From NCBI GenBank assembly GCA_964016885.1, contig OZ024741.1:95728001-95792000 (forward strand): a stretch of 64,000 nt of DNA, given 5' to 3'. This stretch comes from Eledone cirrhosa (lineage: Eukaryota). The notes beneath the pieces were generated by a model that saw nothing but the letters and a program-made list of their open reading frames with translations, had not been told where the DNA came from and did no database searches. Made by a program: the position numbers and the translations under genes. Shown here one piece after another: positions 13,010 through 26,722 of the stretch; positions within the stretch are counted from its first letter, which is position 1, and the number at the start of each line of letters is the position of its first letter.

Positions 13010-13249
13010 GTGAAGAAGTGAAGAGTTGCACACTTTTCGGGGGTGTGTGCAATCCCCAACACGCCCCCTCCCTTTTGAGGACTTTTTATTGTTATATTAT
13101 TATTGTTATTCCTTTTTTCTTTACTCGATTTATGTAAACTCCCCCACTGTGTAAATGTCCCCTTCTTTTGTGCCCTCGTGGCAAATAAATAGAAATTTAT
13201 CTATCTATCTATCTATCTATCTGTCTATCTATCTACCTACCTACCTATC

Positions 13250-13322
<73 letters not shown>

Positions 13323-13333
13323 ATATCCACCTC

Positions 13334-13836
13334 CAAAAAAAAAAAACGAAGGAGAGGCGGTTTTCCTTTGTGTGATAGCTATGGCGAAAGAGGTTGTATG
13401 GTGGACAAGGTTGAAAGGGCTGAGGTCAGACACCTTTCTCTCCGGCCAACAACTGATTCTTTTTTTCAAATACCACTTTGGAAGAAGAATCAGGATGGAG
13501 AGAGAGGTGCTGTACCCCAGCAAGTTTTATGAAAGGTGGGTGAAAGTGGCGAGAATGGCCCGAGTGAATGGGCCTTCTCTCTATATCAGCCTGTAGATTG
13601 AGGAAAAGGAGGAGGAGAGGAAAGGAGTACAAGCTCTTCGTACTCCTGAAGATGAGGGTTGCAAAATTTTTTTCGGGGGTATGTGTTACCCATATAAACT
13701 GTCTCCCTCTATTGGGGAAAATCGACTAACTTTTAAATTCCATCTGTGATAACATTTTACACGTTTTTATTGTATGTAAACTTCCCCCTTTGTATTTGTC
13801 CCCTTCTTTTGTGCCCCTGTGGCTAATAAAGAAATA
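13334..13836 (+). mobile_element. Tx1-clade copy C, heavily 5'-truncated (~0.5 kb), same subfamily as copy A
   Basis: Near-identical to 7010-7506. Flanked by an 18-bp direct repeat TATCTATATATCCACCTC (13316-13333 and 13837-13854). Confidence 0.93.
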
Positions 13837-13882
13837 TATCTATATATCCACCTCTCTCTCTCTATATATACACACATCCATG

Positions 13883-13928
<46 letters not shown>

Positions 13929-14023
13929 CACATCAATACACAGATATGAATGCATGCGTACATACTCTCATACATAAATCCTTACGTACATACGCTTCCA
14001 TCAATCCATCTATTCATCCATCC

Positions 14024-14143
<120 letters not shown>

Positions 14144-14514
14144 CAACCTTAGATGATGGTTTCCCAGTTTAGTATAAGAGTGAAGACAAGAGTTTCGTTG
14201 AAGAGAACGTGGCATTGATCTGACACTTTAATATAATTTCCTTCTCTCCTTGACAATGTAGAAACCTTGCGTGTCTTTCTCATTAGAAATATATTTCTTG
14301 GTTTGAAAGAAGAGTTGACCTATTCGTCGACCACTTCACACAAGTGGCTTGCAGAAGCTCTTCCTATATCTCTAATACAACTAACATTATCACAGTGTTA
14401 CTCTAATGTCCACACTACAAACGACAATAAGAATATCTTAAGAAAGCTTTATGTTACAATTCAATCAAATTGGGTTGTTACATATCACCAGAATCAGAAT
14501 TATCCCTGTCACCT

Positions 14515-14548
<34 letters not shown>

Positions 14549-14618
14549 TCTCTTCTCTTTTCCTTATGCATATATATATATGTGTGTGTGTATGCGTGTG
14601 TGTGTGTGTATATATATA

Positions 14619-14695
<77 letters not shown>

Positions 14696-14793
14696 GAGTT
14701 AAGCAAGATTCAATGAGTACATCAAAGAATAAGTTTTACAGTAGATTGGAAGCACTCTACAGTATTAAAAAAAAATATTTTCCAGAGTTATTA

Positions 14794-14981
14794 ATATTAA
14801 AATACAAATATTAATTATTAATAAAATAAATGTTCTTTTGATCAATAAAATTTTATTATACATATTTCAGAGGTAGATTTTATTATACATATTTCAGACG
14901 TACTGTTGTACCTCTGAAATATGTATAATAAAATTTAATTGATCAAAAGAACATCTATTTTATTAATATTTAATATTTGTA

Positions 14982-14990
<9 letters not shown>
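14794..14990. repeat. AT-rich fold-back inverted repeat with an internal short duplication
   Basis: ATATTAAAATACAAATATTAA...TTTCAGA(G/C)GTAC-tgtt-GTACCTCTGAAATATGTATAATAAAA...TTTGTATTTTAATAT. Confidence 0.85.
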
Positions 14991-15039
<49 letters not shown>

Positions 15040-15046
<7 letters not shown>

Positions 15047-15185
15047 ATATCAAATAAATGGAAACTATATTTATAAAACCATATTTATTGTATATATTTC
15101 AAGGGTACCAACATTTTGGCACCCTTGAAATATATATAATAGAATAAATATGGTTTTAGTTTCCATTTATTTAATATCATTGTAT
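15040..15185. repeat. Fold-back inverted repeat
   Basis: TACAATGATAT..AAATAAATGGAAAC...TTTCAAGGGTACCA-acatt-TTGGCACCCTTGAAA...GTTTCCATTTATTT..ATATCATTGTA. Confidence 0.85.
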
Positions 15186-15276
15186 ATTATACTCCAGAAA
15201 ATCTGTAGAGTGCTCTGAATCAGTTATAAACATTTATATTTGTTGAATTACCAACAAATTGAATATCCCTTCTGCT

Positions 15277-15357
<81 letters not shown>

Positions 15358-15485
15358 ACTTGCCTTCGTTATTATTATCATTATCAAACTAACTAGCGGG
15401 CGGTTTTCTGCTAGCATATGTAGTGTGCATATTGGTATTATATGCAAATATAGATATATGTAAATTGAAAAGTAAATCGACAATA

Positions 15486-16140
15486 TCTTCTTCTTCGCCC
15501 ACTTATTTCTGAGAGGGTCGTGGGGGCAGAGTCCTTCTCAAACACTCCTTCCAGCAAGTCTGTCAGTAGCAAACATCTCTAATTGATCCAGGTGGATCCC
15601 AAAGCGTGACCAGCCAAGCTCATGGATGTTATCCAACTATCTTGCTCAGGGTCTACCTCTGGGTCTCTTGCCGGTTGGTTTTGCCTGTAAAATGTGTCCA
15701 GCGATTCTTTACTGAGGCACTATAACCACATGCTCATAATATCGGAGTTGTGATCTCTCTATCCAGAGAAGTAGCGGCTCTACCAGGAGTGACTCTCTGG
15801 TCTCTGAGTTACGCACTTTATCGAGTAACGTTACTCCAAAGACTCTTCGGAGGAATCCCATTTCTGCCACTTTTATTTGCAATTGTATTCTTTAGATCAT
15901 TACTCAAGATTCATGATCCAGTAAGACAGCGAGTTTGGCTTTTACACCTACACCCCTATCTGATTGCTGAGGCTGGCGCATTACTGCATCAGCTTTTGCA
16001 ATTCTTGCACTTAATTCACCCTCCTGCATTCCATCACTCATGAACACGGCTCCAAGATACTTGAACTTCTCTAACTGCTTCAGTAGAACTCCATTCACAT
16101 GTATATAAATTTGAGGGACTTCTGTCCACTCGTCCATCAC
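15486..16140 (-). mobile_element. RTE-clade LINE 3' fragment
   Basis: Minus-strand peptide VNGVLLKQLEKFKYLGAVF...ELSARIAKA (post-RT region); ends in an (AAG)n-like tail at 15487-15496. Confidence 0.75.
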
Positions 16141-16305
16141 GCAATGTGTATGTGTGTTTGTGTGAATGTATGTGTGTGTAAAAGGAAGGAAAGGGATACA
16201 CACATATATGTCTAACTTAAAAAGAGTGACACACACACATGTCTCTAATTTAAGAACGCCGACCAAATCACGCGCACGCATATACACACACTGTCCTATT
16301 ACCAC

Positions 16306-17016
16306 TTAAGAGCTTTGGCCCGGGCAAATATCCCCCCAATTTTGGAACCGTCTGGGTTGTCCAGAATTGATGGGAAAAGACTTGACGGTCTTACTCTGTG
16401 CTCCTGGTCAAGAGGTAGGTGCTTTACCTGGGACGTCATCGTTAGTGACTCTTTTGCTTCTTCCCACATCCTGGATGCAGCGGTAAGGGAGAGAGCTACA
16501 GTATCCGCAGCTGAACGGAACAAAATCCTAAAATACCGTGTTCTGTCAGCTAACTACATTATCCAGCCTGTGGCGTTTGAGATGTTTGGGGGAGTCAGGC
16601 TACTGACAGCGAGGTTCTTATCTTCACTGGCGGCTCGCCAAACAGAGGTAACTGATGATGCTCGTGAGGGCACTTGGTTGTTCCAGCACCTCAGCCTCAC
16701 CAGGTAACGCTGCAAGCGTGCTTTCTTGCCTCAAAAATTATTAGAGAGGTTTCCCAGTGCTCCTCGCTATATTGTTATCTTTTGCTATGGTAGCGGCTCT
16801 TTTTTCCACCCCTTTCGTCAGCATTTTGTTCTATGTGGTCTTAGATGTGGATATTACGTGTTTGTGTATTTTTGTCTGTTTCTTTTTTTCTCCTTTCCCT
16901 TTCCTTTGTATATATTATATTTATTAGTGTTTTCGTTCTGTAACCATTATATTAACTTTCTATACAAATGAGTTTAAACAAAAGAGTTAAGCTGTGTTGT
17001 TAATAAATAAATAAAA
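16306..17016 (+). mobile_element. 3' fragment of an RLE-type (CRE-like) non-LTR retrotransposon
   Basis: ORF 16315-16707 EPSGLSRIDGKRLDGLTLCSWSRGRCFTWDV...K..KY...QPVAFEMFGG is a restriction-like endonuclease (RPD..D) C-terminus; T-rich 3'UTR ending (TAAA)n. Confidence 0.72.
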
Positions 17017-17664
17017 CGTTATACTTGTTTTACCCTCCCATTTCCGATTCATCGAACGCTGCTATCATGACTGTATGTGTGTGTTTGCGTAAATGTATAT
17101 GTGTGAATGTATGTATGTGTGAAAGTATGTGTATTTGTGTGTGTGTATGTCTGTGAGCGTTTATTTTTATAAATTTGTGTTTGCGCGATTATAGTTATAT
17201 ACTCATACATATAGATGTATGTATGTACACATACATACACATACGCGTCAGCATGTAGAAAATTATAATTACTCTATCTGTATCTCTCTCATCACACACA
17301 CACACTCTCTTTCTATATATATGGTAGTTGAAGTGGTAGTGGTGGCGACGATATACCGGAAGTGTAAACATTTGAAATTTTGAAAAGAAGTTAATTTTAA
17401 ATAAGCAATTATGTAATATTCATTCATTATTTATTCAAAGTAATCCAACTTATTTTACTAACTGGATAAATAAATAAATAAACCGTACGCAGTCCCACAC
17501 TCCTTATATTATTATAGTTGAGATATCTAATATATCAGACTCTGTATCTAAGGGATTGACTCAGCGAAACACGGAACCTATCTCTGGATCTCACTGAATT
17601 ACTTGCTAACGGATTACATTGAGTTCTAACTACGGTATAGACTCTACCACGAAAGGTAGACCAC

Positions 17665-17743
<79 letters not shown>

Positions 17744-17779
17744 TAGACTTTTAATTTATATATATATGTATATATATAT

Positions 17780-18362
17780 AAAATTGAGATAAGCAGAACA
17801 AGCAAAATTCAAACAATTTTTTAAAATAAATTAAAAAATATCATTTAAATATTTACCTATTCCATTTGCTTTTACCGACGGTTTCACCTCACAAAAGATT
17901 GGAGATCCCTAGGGACTTCCAATGGAAAAGTTCAGATCATCAGAGAGCATTTTCCTTTCCTAGGACAAAAAGTCCCAGGAACGGCAAAATATATGGCCAT
18001 CTGCCAGCTAGCATAGTATCGAATGGGGCCGTAAACTTGACCTATGCCTGAACCAGCCCTTAGTAGAAGAGAAGTAAACATAGACGTATTGTCTATCTCG
18101 CCACGAAAAATAGCAGCTAAATAGAACAACAAATTTGTTCTCTACATAACGGAGAATATTAAAAGAGGTTAATATCTCCACAGGTACTAAGTACCCCTGG
18201 AAATATATAGGGTCTCTATGATACAGTGGTTGGTCTATGGTATTAATTTGACATACCAGAACTATAAAATTGAGATAAGCGGAGCAAGCAAGATTCAAAC
18301 AATATTTAAAAATAAATTAAAAAATATAATTTAAATATTTACCTATTCCATTTGCTTTTACC

Positions 18363-18367
<5 letters not shown>
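17780..18367. repeat. ~100-bp direct terminal repeats (17780-17881 / 18266-18367) bounding a ~590-bp insert in (TA)n
   Basis: AAAATTGAGATAAGC.GA.CAAGCAA.ATTCAAACAAT...ATTCCATTTGCTTTTACCGACGG occurs twice; pLTR-like arrangement. Confidence 0.8.
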
Positions 18368-18417
<50 letters not shown>

Positions 18418-18421
18418 AGGG

Positions 18422-18506
18422 AGTTTGACGAGCCTCGGATTACAGAGTCAGGTGAGATCGATACAGATCGAACCTTGAGCTGGTCAGTGGCGAAACGCGC
18501 GTCACC
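18422..18506 (+). ncRNA. Hammerhead-like motif, family H2 (C3>U)
   Basis: TTGACGA GCC...GGC GAA ACGCGCGT C ACC: palindromic stem III, GUC triplet; homologous to 25279-25353. Confidence 0.62.
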
Positions 18507-18555
18507 AACCAATGAACGTAATGAAGGAGTAACTAATCGTCCTTGTTATCTTATT

Positions 18556-18621
<66 letters not shown>

Positions 18622-18628
18622 TCAAAAG

Positions 18629-19612
18629 TGTACTGTCTCGTGTTTCCCCCTCTCTGTCGGTATGTTTTTCTTCTGTCTTTTTTCTTGTTTATTATCTTTT
18701 TCTGTCGTTCTCTTCTCTATGGTCTCTATTTTTTGTTGTTGTCTTCCCTAATAACTGAACGCACTGTGGTGAGATGTACTCTCTACAATGCATCAAAACA
18801 TCACCGACCCACAGCAGATAGCCGAAGTGCGGGAATTGTCCTTATGTGTGCATTTCTCTTACATTTTCTAAACAATATTTATTTGTTACCATACAGCGCC
18901 TTTTTTCACTTTTAATTCATATTAATTTATTGCTGTGACTTCCGTATCTCGCTCGTTGTTGTTAATTCTGGCTTTGGACTTAAGTTCTGCCATTTTGGAT
19001 TAACTCTTTCCCTTCTCCCTTTCTCCCTCTTTCTTTCTCTCCCTTTCTCTCTCTCTCTCCCACTCATGTATTCCCTCTCGCTCCCACTTACGTATTCTCT
19101 CTTTTTCTCTCCCACTCACCTATTCTCTTTCCAACCTACCATCTATCTCCTTTCTCCCCCTCTCTCTCTGCTCCTTTTCCACTTCTCCCCACCCCTCTCT
19201 CACTTCCGTTTTCCTCGTCTCTCCCTCTTTGCGCCTGTTCTCGCTAAGATCAGACGTCTTTCCCTTCACCCTCTCTCGTGCTGTTAATACAGACTCAGGG
19301 CCTACGCTCGGTCTGCTTTTTAACTTCTCCCTCTCGCCCATTGGTTACTGCAACTTACATGTACTACTGTCTCGTGTTTCCCCCTCTCTATCGGTATGTT
19401 TTTCTTCAGTTATTTTTCTGTTTATTTTCTCTTTCTGTCGTTCTCTTCGCTATCGTCTCTATTTTTGTTGTTGTTTTCTTCCCTAATAACTATTCCGTGT
19501 AGTTATTAACGCACTGTGGTGAGATGTTCTGTCTTTAATGCGACAAAATATCAGCGAACCACAGCAGACAGTCGAAGAGCGGGAATCGTCCTTATGTTTC
19601 TGTTTCTCTTAC
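18629..19612. repeat. Diverged ~240-bp direct repeat pair (18629-18865 / 19364-19612)
   Basis: TACTGTCTCGTGTTTCCCCCTCTCT..CGGTATG...AACGCACTGTGGTGAGATGT...CCACAGCAGA..GCGGGAAT.GTCCTTATGT occurs twice around a CT-rich spacer. Confidence 0.8.
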
Positions 19613-19754
19613 GTTATATATATATATATATATTAAATTCATAGGGATATATGTATATATTTAGACATAGTCACAGATACATATATGAGTGTGGCTACCT
19701 TTCACGGTGTTGCTCAATGAAAAATTTAATTAAGCAAATAATTATTAATCAGAG

Positions 19755-20730
19755 CTATATATAAAATTGCAAGTTTGAAGAATTATTAGATAAAATATAC
19801 ACAGTCTTTCCTCTCCCTAGTCCGTAGAGATCAACCATATAAATAATCATTTAAACGAGGCTATATGTTTAAAATGTAACTATGAAGAAATAATAGATAC
19901 AGATTATTTTCCGCGAGGAACAGCCATATAACATTTATCTAGTCATTCCTTTTAGCCCGTAGAAATTGACTAAACAAATAATCAATTAAACGGAGCTAGG
20001 TCTAAAATGTAAGTTAGAAGAAAAAATGCATTTAAACTTTACCAAAATTCCTCTAATCTCGACTGTCGAGAGTTTCGCTCGTTCTTTGTGGATATATCCG
20101 ATCCTGGTATTATCCATGAGGCTTCGAGCTCACCAAGAGACTCCTCAAGTTTGAACTAAAATTTCTACAGTGATCACCGCCAGAAATGAATTCAAAAGTG
20201 GCTAAGAATCATCACGTGGCTAGTGGTCAAATTAGAAGGTTGTGAATGGCGGCCGAGCGGCAAGTAGGCTGGCTGCTAGAAAGCGCAGCCAGATACTGCC
20301 TAATGATTTACTCTACCGTACGGGAGTATATATTAAATTCATAGGGATATATGTATATATTTAGACACATTACCAAGATCGGATATATCCGCAAAAAAAG
20401 AGCGAAACTCTCGACAGTCGGGATTAGAGGAATTTTGGTAAAGTTTAAATGCATTTTTTCTTCTAACTTACATTTTAGACCTAGCTCCGTTTAGTTGATT
20501 ATTTGTCTAGTTAATTTCTACAGGTTAAAAGAAATGACTAGATACATTTTATATGGCTGTTCCTCGCGGAAAATAGTCTGTATCATTTGTCTATTATTTC
20601 TTCATAGTTACATTTTAAACATATAGCCTCGTTTAAATGATTATTTATATGGTTGATTTCTACGGACTAGGGAGAGGAAAGACTGTATATATTTTATCTA
20701 ATAATTCTTCAAACTTGCAATTTTATATAT
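19755..20730. repeat. Long inverted repeat (~350-bp arms, 19755-20110 / 20371-20730), probable Penelope-type pLTR inversion
   Basis: Arms are reverse complements over their length. A diverged homologue of 19840-20230 lies at ~58930-59320 in the opposite orientation. A ~38-bp direct repeat sits at 19629 and 20328. Confidence 0.88.
20055..20142 (-). ncRNA. Hammerhead-like motif, family H3 (degenerate core TTGGTGA)
   Basis: Minus strand: AGTCTC TTGGTGA GCTCG...CGAGC GAA ACTCTCGACAGT C GAGATT. Confidence 0.6.
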
Positions 20731-21221
20731 ATATATGTATATAAATTTCTTTATTCTCTATTCATTCTTTAAATCATTCATTCATTCTGTAAGCCTTTCT
20801 TTCTTTCTTGTTTTCTCCCCTCTATTTTAAAGTCACTCTTTCACCCATAATTCATCTCTCATTCTCATTCGCTGTCTCACTTTCTTCATATTGTTCAGTC
20901 AGTTGATTCTTCTTTTCTTTTTTCTTCCCTGTTCACTCCCTTCTTCCTCGGCTCCTCTCCAATTCTTTGCTTCTCTTTTTCCACCTCTTATATGTATGTA
21001 TATACGAATGGAACAGTTCTAGTCTTGTAGAAGTCATTTCTATAATATAATATATAAATAAACAAATGAATAAATAAATATATATACGTGTTCGTAAGAG
21101 ACCCTCGGGTGAGCTGGACTTCAGAGAAGTGTGTGTATGTGTGTATGAGTGTGCGTATGTATGTATGTATGTATGTATGTATGTATGTATGTATGTATGT
21201 ATGTATGTATGTATGTATGTA

Positions 21222-21290
<69 letters not shown>

Positions 21291-21394
21291 GTGTGTGTGT
21301 GTGTGTGCAAATAAGCAAATAGGACCGTCAAATACAGAAATCTGAACGTAGATATACCTAGAACAAACGAAAAAAAATTATTGAATGCTCTATT

Positions 21395-21930
21395 GGTAAC
21401 TGATACACTCAGAATACAAATCCAACAATAAACAATGTCCATGGTCGAGTCGTCGGCGACTAAATCGGCAGCACCACCAAGCTTTCTTGGTGAGGAGGGT
21501 GATTTAGGACACCTTGCGGGATGAAAAACAAAATCCGTCAAGTCAAAGGTGTAAGGAACTCATGAGAGTCAACGGTCCATCCAATAATTATTTTTTTCCT
21601 TGTAGCGAGATACTCCTAGTCTTCATCAAGACATCTCTCTAGAAGAAGTTCTCCCTGATATAAAACCTGCGGCTTCGTTTGCATCCAATGATGTGGACCA
21701 GTTCTTCTTTTTGGATAAATGCATTCGATGTTCAGAGAGTGGGATTGGCCTCGTGCAGAGTATTTCCTCACTTAAAAAAGCTTCAAGCATAGGCATCGCT
21801 CGCTTGATATGTGACATTTTTTTCAATGCATGGTATTGCTGGCCATAGGCAAGTCCCCTGCAGGACTAAAATGCCACGTTCGCGATGCTCATACAAGCGA
21901 TGGCATTAATCGATATCGAGTTGCAGCCAT
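21395..21930 (+). mobile_element. Diverged relative of the RTE-derived element
   Basis: Colinear motifs CATGGTCG.GTCG..GGCGACTAAA, TTTCTTGGTGAGGAGGGTGA, ATCCAATGATGT.GAC..GTTCTTCTTTT shared with 59546-59900. Confidence 0.65.
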
Positions 21931-22001
<71 letters not shown>

Positions 22002-22088
22002 CGAAGAAAGTGTGGCAAGGAACCAGATGGACTATAACGCACCAGAGTACTCAATACTTAGGGTAGTGGAATGGATAATAGGAAAATA

Positions 22089-22185
22089 TTTAACCCCGAC
22101 GGCAGAGCTCAAGCCGTTTTGACGGCTATTTCTGGAGTCCAGAAATAGCCGTCCAAACGGCTTGAGCTCTGCCGTCGGGGTTAAA
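22089..22185. repeat. Palindrome, 48-bp arms, 1-nt loop, one mismatch
   Basis: TTTAACCCCGACGGCAGAGCTCAAGCCG...TCTGGA-g-TCCAGA...GCCGTCGGGGTTAAA, between (TA)n tracts. Confidence 0.95.
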
Positions 22186-22192
22186 CATTTTG

Positions 22193-22228
<36 letters not shown>

Positions 22229-22893
22229 CCATCAAATGCATTTTTCCTTGTGGTTGATTGGATGACAAATACGCCTTCGATTAAAGATGTTTATCATATT
22301 TTCAATTTACAGGAAAATTCAAATTTTCTTTACATGCCTACATATATATTTATACACGCTGGCGCAGTCTCGATCATATACACTATATTTATACAGATGT
22401 AACTTTAACATACACTTCGGCTGCTAGCGCACAACGGTTTTCTTGTTTTCCGTCTCCATCTTCCTTTTCATCTTTTTGTTTCTTTACTGGAGCTTTTTTC
22501 TGTTTCTCGTTTGTGATCCTCTCTCTATTTGTACTCCTGAAGAAGGGGTTAGCCCGACACGTCAAACTTTCTTTCCCCTTTCCAATATAAAGCGTTCTAT
22601 TGCTTGTGTGCACAGCACACAAGCAATAGAACGTGTGTTTTTTCCTGCCAGCGACATATCAAACATATCGGTTATTCATCTGAGGAAACCGTTCTCATAA
22701 TCAACAGCAAATACATGAAGGACATCTCGATTGCATGGAGAACCGTAGAAATAATTATAATGATTAAACGATATATGTAACTTCAGCACCTTATTTTGTT
22801 ATTTTATAAAATTCTCCATCGTAACTAAAAACTATGATTATTGAGAGCTTTCTCCTGCTTACTCCTGTTTTTACCAAAACAACCTTTTCTGAA

Positions 22894-22945
<52 letters not shown>

Positions 22946-23011
22946 GTCTTAATTTCAGTGTTAGTTGTAAGATCTGGGATAAGGTAGATTACTCCACAAC
23001 GGAGTATTAGC

Positions 23012-23128
23012 ATGTTAATAAATATGAAGACACGATTCTACTTTTCCACACTTCAATTTATTAAATAACGACTATTATGCGCATTAGGAGTATGGAAAGT
23101 AGAACCATGTCTCCATATTTATTAACAC
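23012..23128. repeat. Imperfect inverted repeat (~42-bp arms) between TA tracts
   Basis: TGTTAATAAATATGAAGACACGATTCTACTTTTCCACACTTC versus GGAGTATGGAAAGTAGAACCATGTCTCCATATTTATTAACA. Confidence 0.75.
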
Positions 23129-23138
23129 CACCTTACCC

Positions 23139-23177
<39 letters not shown>

Positions 23178-25278
23178 TGTTTCACTTTAGATCTTCTTGT
23201 TTTTGTTACAGCTAACCTGTATGTAATTTTACAAGGAGGTGTCTATTGTGTTTTAATGATAGGTGTCCATGTCTTATCATGCTAATACTTCCACTGGACT
23301 GGACGTCAGTCCATTGAAATGATTATTCTCCGTTCGATTCTTATATTCATTTGTTTTTCAAATGAATGGACTTGACGTGCAATGGACTTGACGTGCAATG
23401 AAGTGCCTTGATCAAGGATAGAAGGCGCTGCTCTATCTGCACAACCCTATGATCGTTAGTCCAACACTCTAACCAATAGGCCATGAATCTTCACTTGGCT
23501 AAGCACACTGACTTTTATTACTATCATTGAGAGCAAAGATAAAAACAACAAAATGTTTCTCTTGTCTAACTTTCTGGTGGTTTTCACTAAAATTCGAGCT
23601 TCTTTACTTTATGAGAGGTTAGGGTTGTGAAGTTGTGAAGGTCACGCCATTTCAGAGTTCAATAATGGTTAAGTGAAGTGAGTTTAAATTAACTGATAAC
23701 ATTATTGCTTACTCCCGCCGTTGGTATCTTGCAAAAACCGGCGAGTGGAATCAATATTATTTTGAACCATATAGACACTAAATTTCAAAAGCTTTCTCAA
23801 CAGACTGACCAGCGAGACATCCTTTAAGTGGTCGTTCGACTTGATAATTGTAAAAACCCAACCTAACACACATCCTATATTAGATAATGTGGTTTTGGAT
23901 CCACTTGTCTGAGACCAAAAACACCAACAACCTTTCCCATATTGATTTGTTTCTGACTTCCAACATTAAGGTTTCATATTTTAAGAAAATTAGGGATATA
24001 GCAGTTGTGAAGTTTTTGTTATTTCCAAATCCGCGAATTAACTGGGAATCGCAGAGAACTATTTTCAACAGTAGTAGCTCTTGGTGAAATACAGTAAAGT
24101 AACAAAACACACAATCATGTTGATAAAAAAAAAAAACGTTTAATATTTTGTTTTCAATAAAAGTTGTTGGAGTGACAGAGATAGCAGAGCTTGACTAAAT
24201 TTTTTGCGGTTTCAAGTTTTATCCATTTGTATTTCCAATGGAAATTTCGTCAGTGTCAATTTGATATTTTTATCTTCTAACTTGAGTTTTCTCTAAAATA
24301 TCTGCCAAACAGGTATTGGTATCTATTCCATTGAATATACAGCTCCTGCTATACAGATATTTATGGCCTTGTGTGAGTGTATATGACTTTGTGTTAAATA
24401 CATTTTACATAGGTTATACACAGCTGCATCGAAACATGAAAACATTTACTGGATTAAACTTTGAAAAACTGCTTCATATTTCAACTATAGTTATTATCTT
24501 GTTCATTTCATATGTTTACATAATATTTGTATTTATTTAGTTTTAATATCATTTTCTCTTTTAAGTTTTTCTTTAATATCAGATCTCTTAATTTACAAAT
24601 GCACGTGTAATTAACAATGTTTGTTTTTCATTTAATTCACACAGTGATAACGCTTTTATATTTCCGTTTTCCACATGTTTTTCTTTAATTAAAACATGAT
24701 CAAAACTAGTGTTATATGTATATTTCTATATTTTAAAACTAATTCCTTTTCTTTCCTACTATGTATTTTTAACCAGGTGAAAGCATTTCACATTCTATTA
24801 TATCTTTAGTTATATTTCTAGAGAATATTTTTAATAATACGATTCCCTATAGTTATGATATAAATTTATGAAATATGAATTTCCTTCAGTTTGCTCACGC
24901 AGTACTTTATCTTGCATATCTCGGTATTTCTTTAAAATCATGTATATTTACCTCATTTTCTTTACTTTTTGTTGGCATCTCATTCTCTCAATCCACCACC
25001 TTGCAGAAATAGCATGCATGTAACAGTGAAATAGGTAAAAAACTGGTTTCTTTTGATCTTTCATGAATATTGTTATTGTTTAGGTGTGATCTAACAGACC
25101 AGCGATTAAAGCTGTCCCGAGCGTGAATTTAGAAGGATTTGGTGGTTATTTCTGCAGATCAAGTAACCGCGTTGAGGCTCGTACATTGCCTGCTCTTTCA
25201 TAGATATAGTTTTATCTGTTGACAGTTAAACCTCTATTGATATCATCTATTCTGTAATGACAGCATTACTACAGCAGA

Positions 25279-25353
25279 GGTCTAACGAGCTTTTGATTAC
25301 AGAGTCGGGTCAGATCGAACCTTGAACTGATCAAGAGCGAAATGCGCGTCACC
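25279..25353 (+). ncRNA. Hammerhead-like motif, family H2 (G5>A)
   Basis: GGT CTAACGA GCTTTT...AAGAGC GAA ATGCGCGT C ACC. Stem I GGT/ACC; stem II covaries with the 18422 copy. Confidence 0.62.
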
Positions 25354-25638
25354 AATCAGTAAACGTAATGAAGGCTTAACAAATCATCCTTGTATTATTA
25401 AATTACACTCTGTTTAACTCTAAGGACCGAGGAAACAACGTTTCCTTTGATCTTTCCAATTGTTAATACTGTCTATCTGTCGCAACTCCAGGTAGAAGGA
25501 GCAACGTGAAATAAAATGTCTTGCTCAAGGACATAACGCATCACCCAGTCCGGGAATCTAACTCACAACCTCACGATTGCGAATCCAATTCCCTAACCAC
25601 TCAGCCAAGAATACGTATATACATATATTGTAGTACAA

Positions 25639-25691
<53 letters not shown>

Positions 25692-26173
25692 GTATATAAA
25701 TACATACACACACACACACACACATATATTTTTTATAGATATATATACATCCATATTTTTCCAAATCTCTACCATTTTGCGGGTTAATTTTGTCATTTTT
25801 GTGTCAATTTCCAAACATGTATACATAAAAATCGGATTTTTTTTCTTTCTTATTTCTCTAACTGTGGGAGTTTTCTCTCTCATGAGACTTAAATAACGTT
25901 TGTTAAATTTCTTGTTTCACAACCCATTTTCCCGGTCTCAACCCTTGCCAACTCTCCCAACAGACATGTCGAACAGATGCAGTATGCCTGCTAGTTTAGA
26001 CATAACGAGGCCTTAGGGACCATTAGCTAGAAGTTCAATTGTAATAGATCTGAATAACAGTTCTTTTGTATTGTATTTTATAGAAATTCTTACCACTGAA
26101 TCGTCTTTGTTTTTGAAAACAATCTGGTTTTTTTTTGTTACACATTTTGGATTCTTTGCATATCGAAATTGCT

Positions 26174-26722
<549 letters not shown>

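Larger units (their letters stand above)
7533..13195 (+). mobile_element. Tx1-clade non-LTR retrotransposon, full-length copy B (~5.66 kb)
   Basis: ~200 bp 5'UTR, ORF1 with zinc knuckle, ORF2 APE-RT-CCHC, 3'UTR ending AATAAATAGAAA; (TATC)n on both sides (7507-7533, 13198-13320). Confidence 0.95.

Noticed and set aside
8302-13033. Antisense and alternate-frame ORFs recurring across Tx1 copies
   Set aside because: Expected shadows of GC-rich, closely related ORF2 copies and the AC-rich ORF1 linker; no independent evidence of function.
7010-13836. A and C 3' ends as LTRs flanking copy B
   Set aside because: No TG..CA ends, PBS or integrase; C has its own TSD and B has its own different 3'UTR, so these are separate non-LTR insertions.
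23705-24110. Possible minus-strand host exon ending at GTAAGC; also candidate exons at ~4192-4295 and ~34890-34916
   Set aside because: Only isolated splice-like signals; no recognisable protein and no consistent multi-exon frame.
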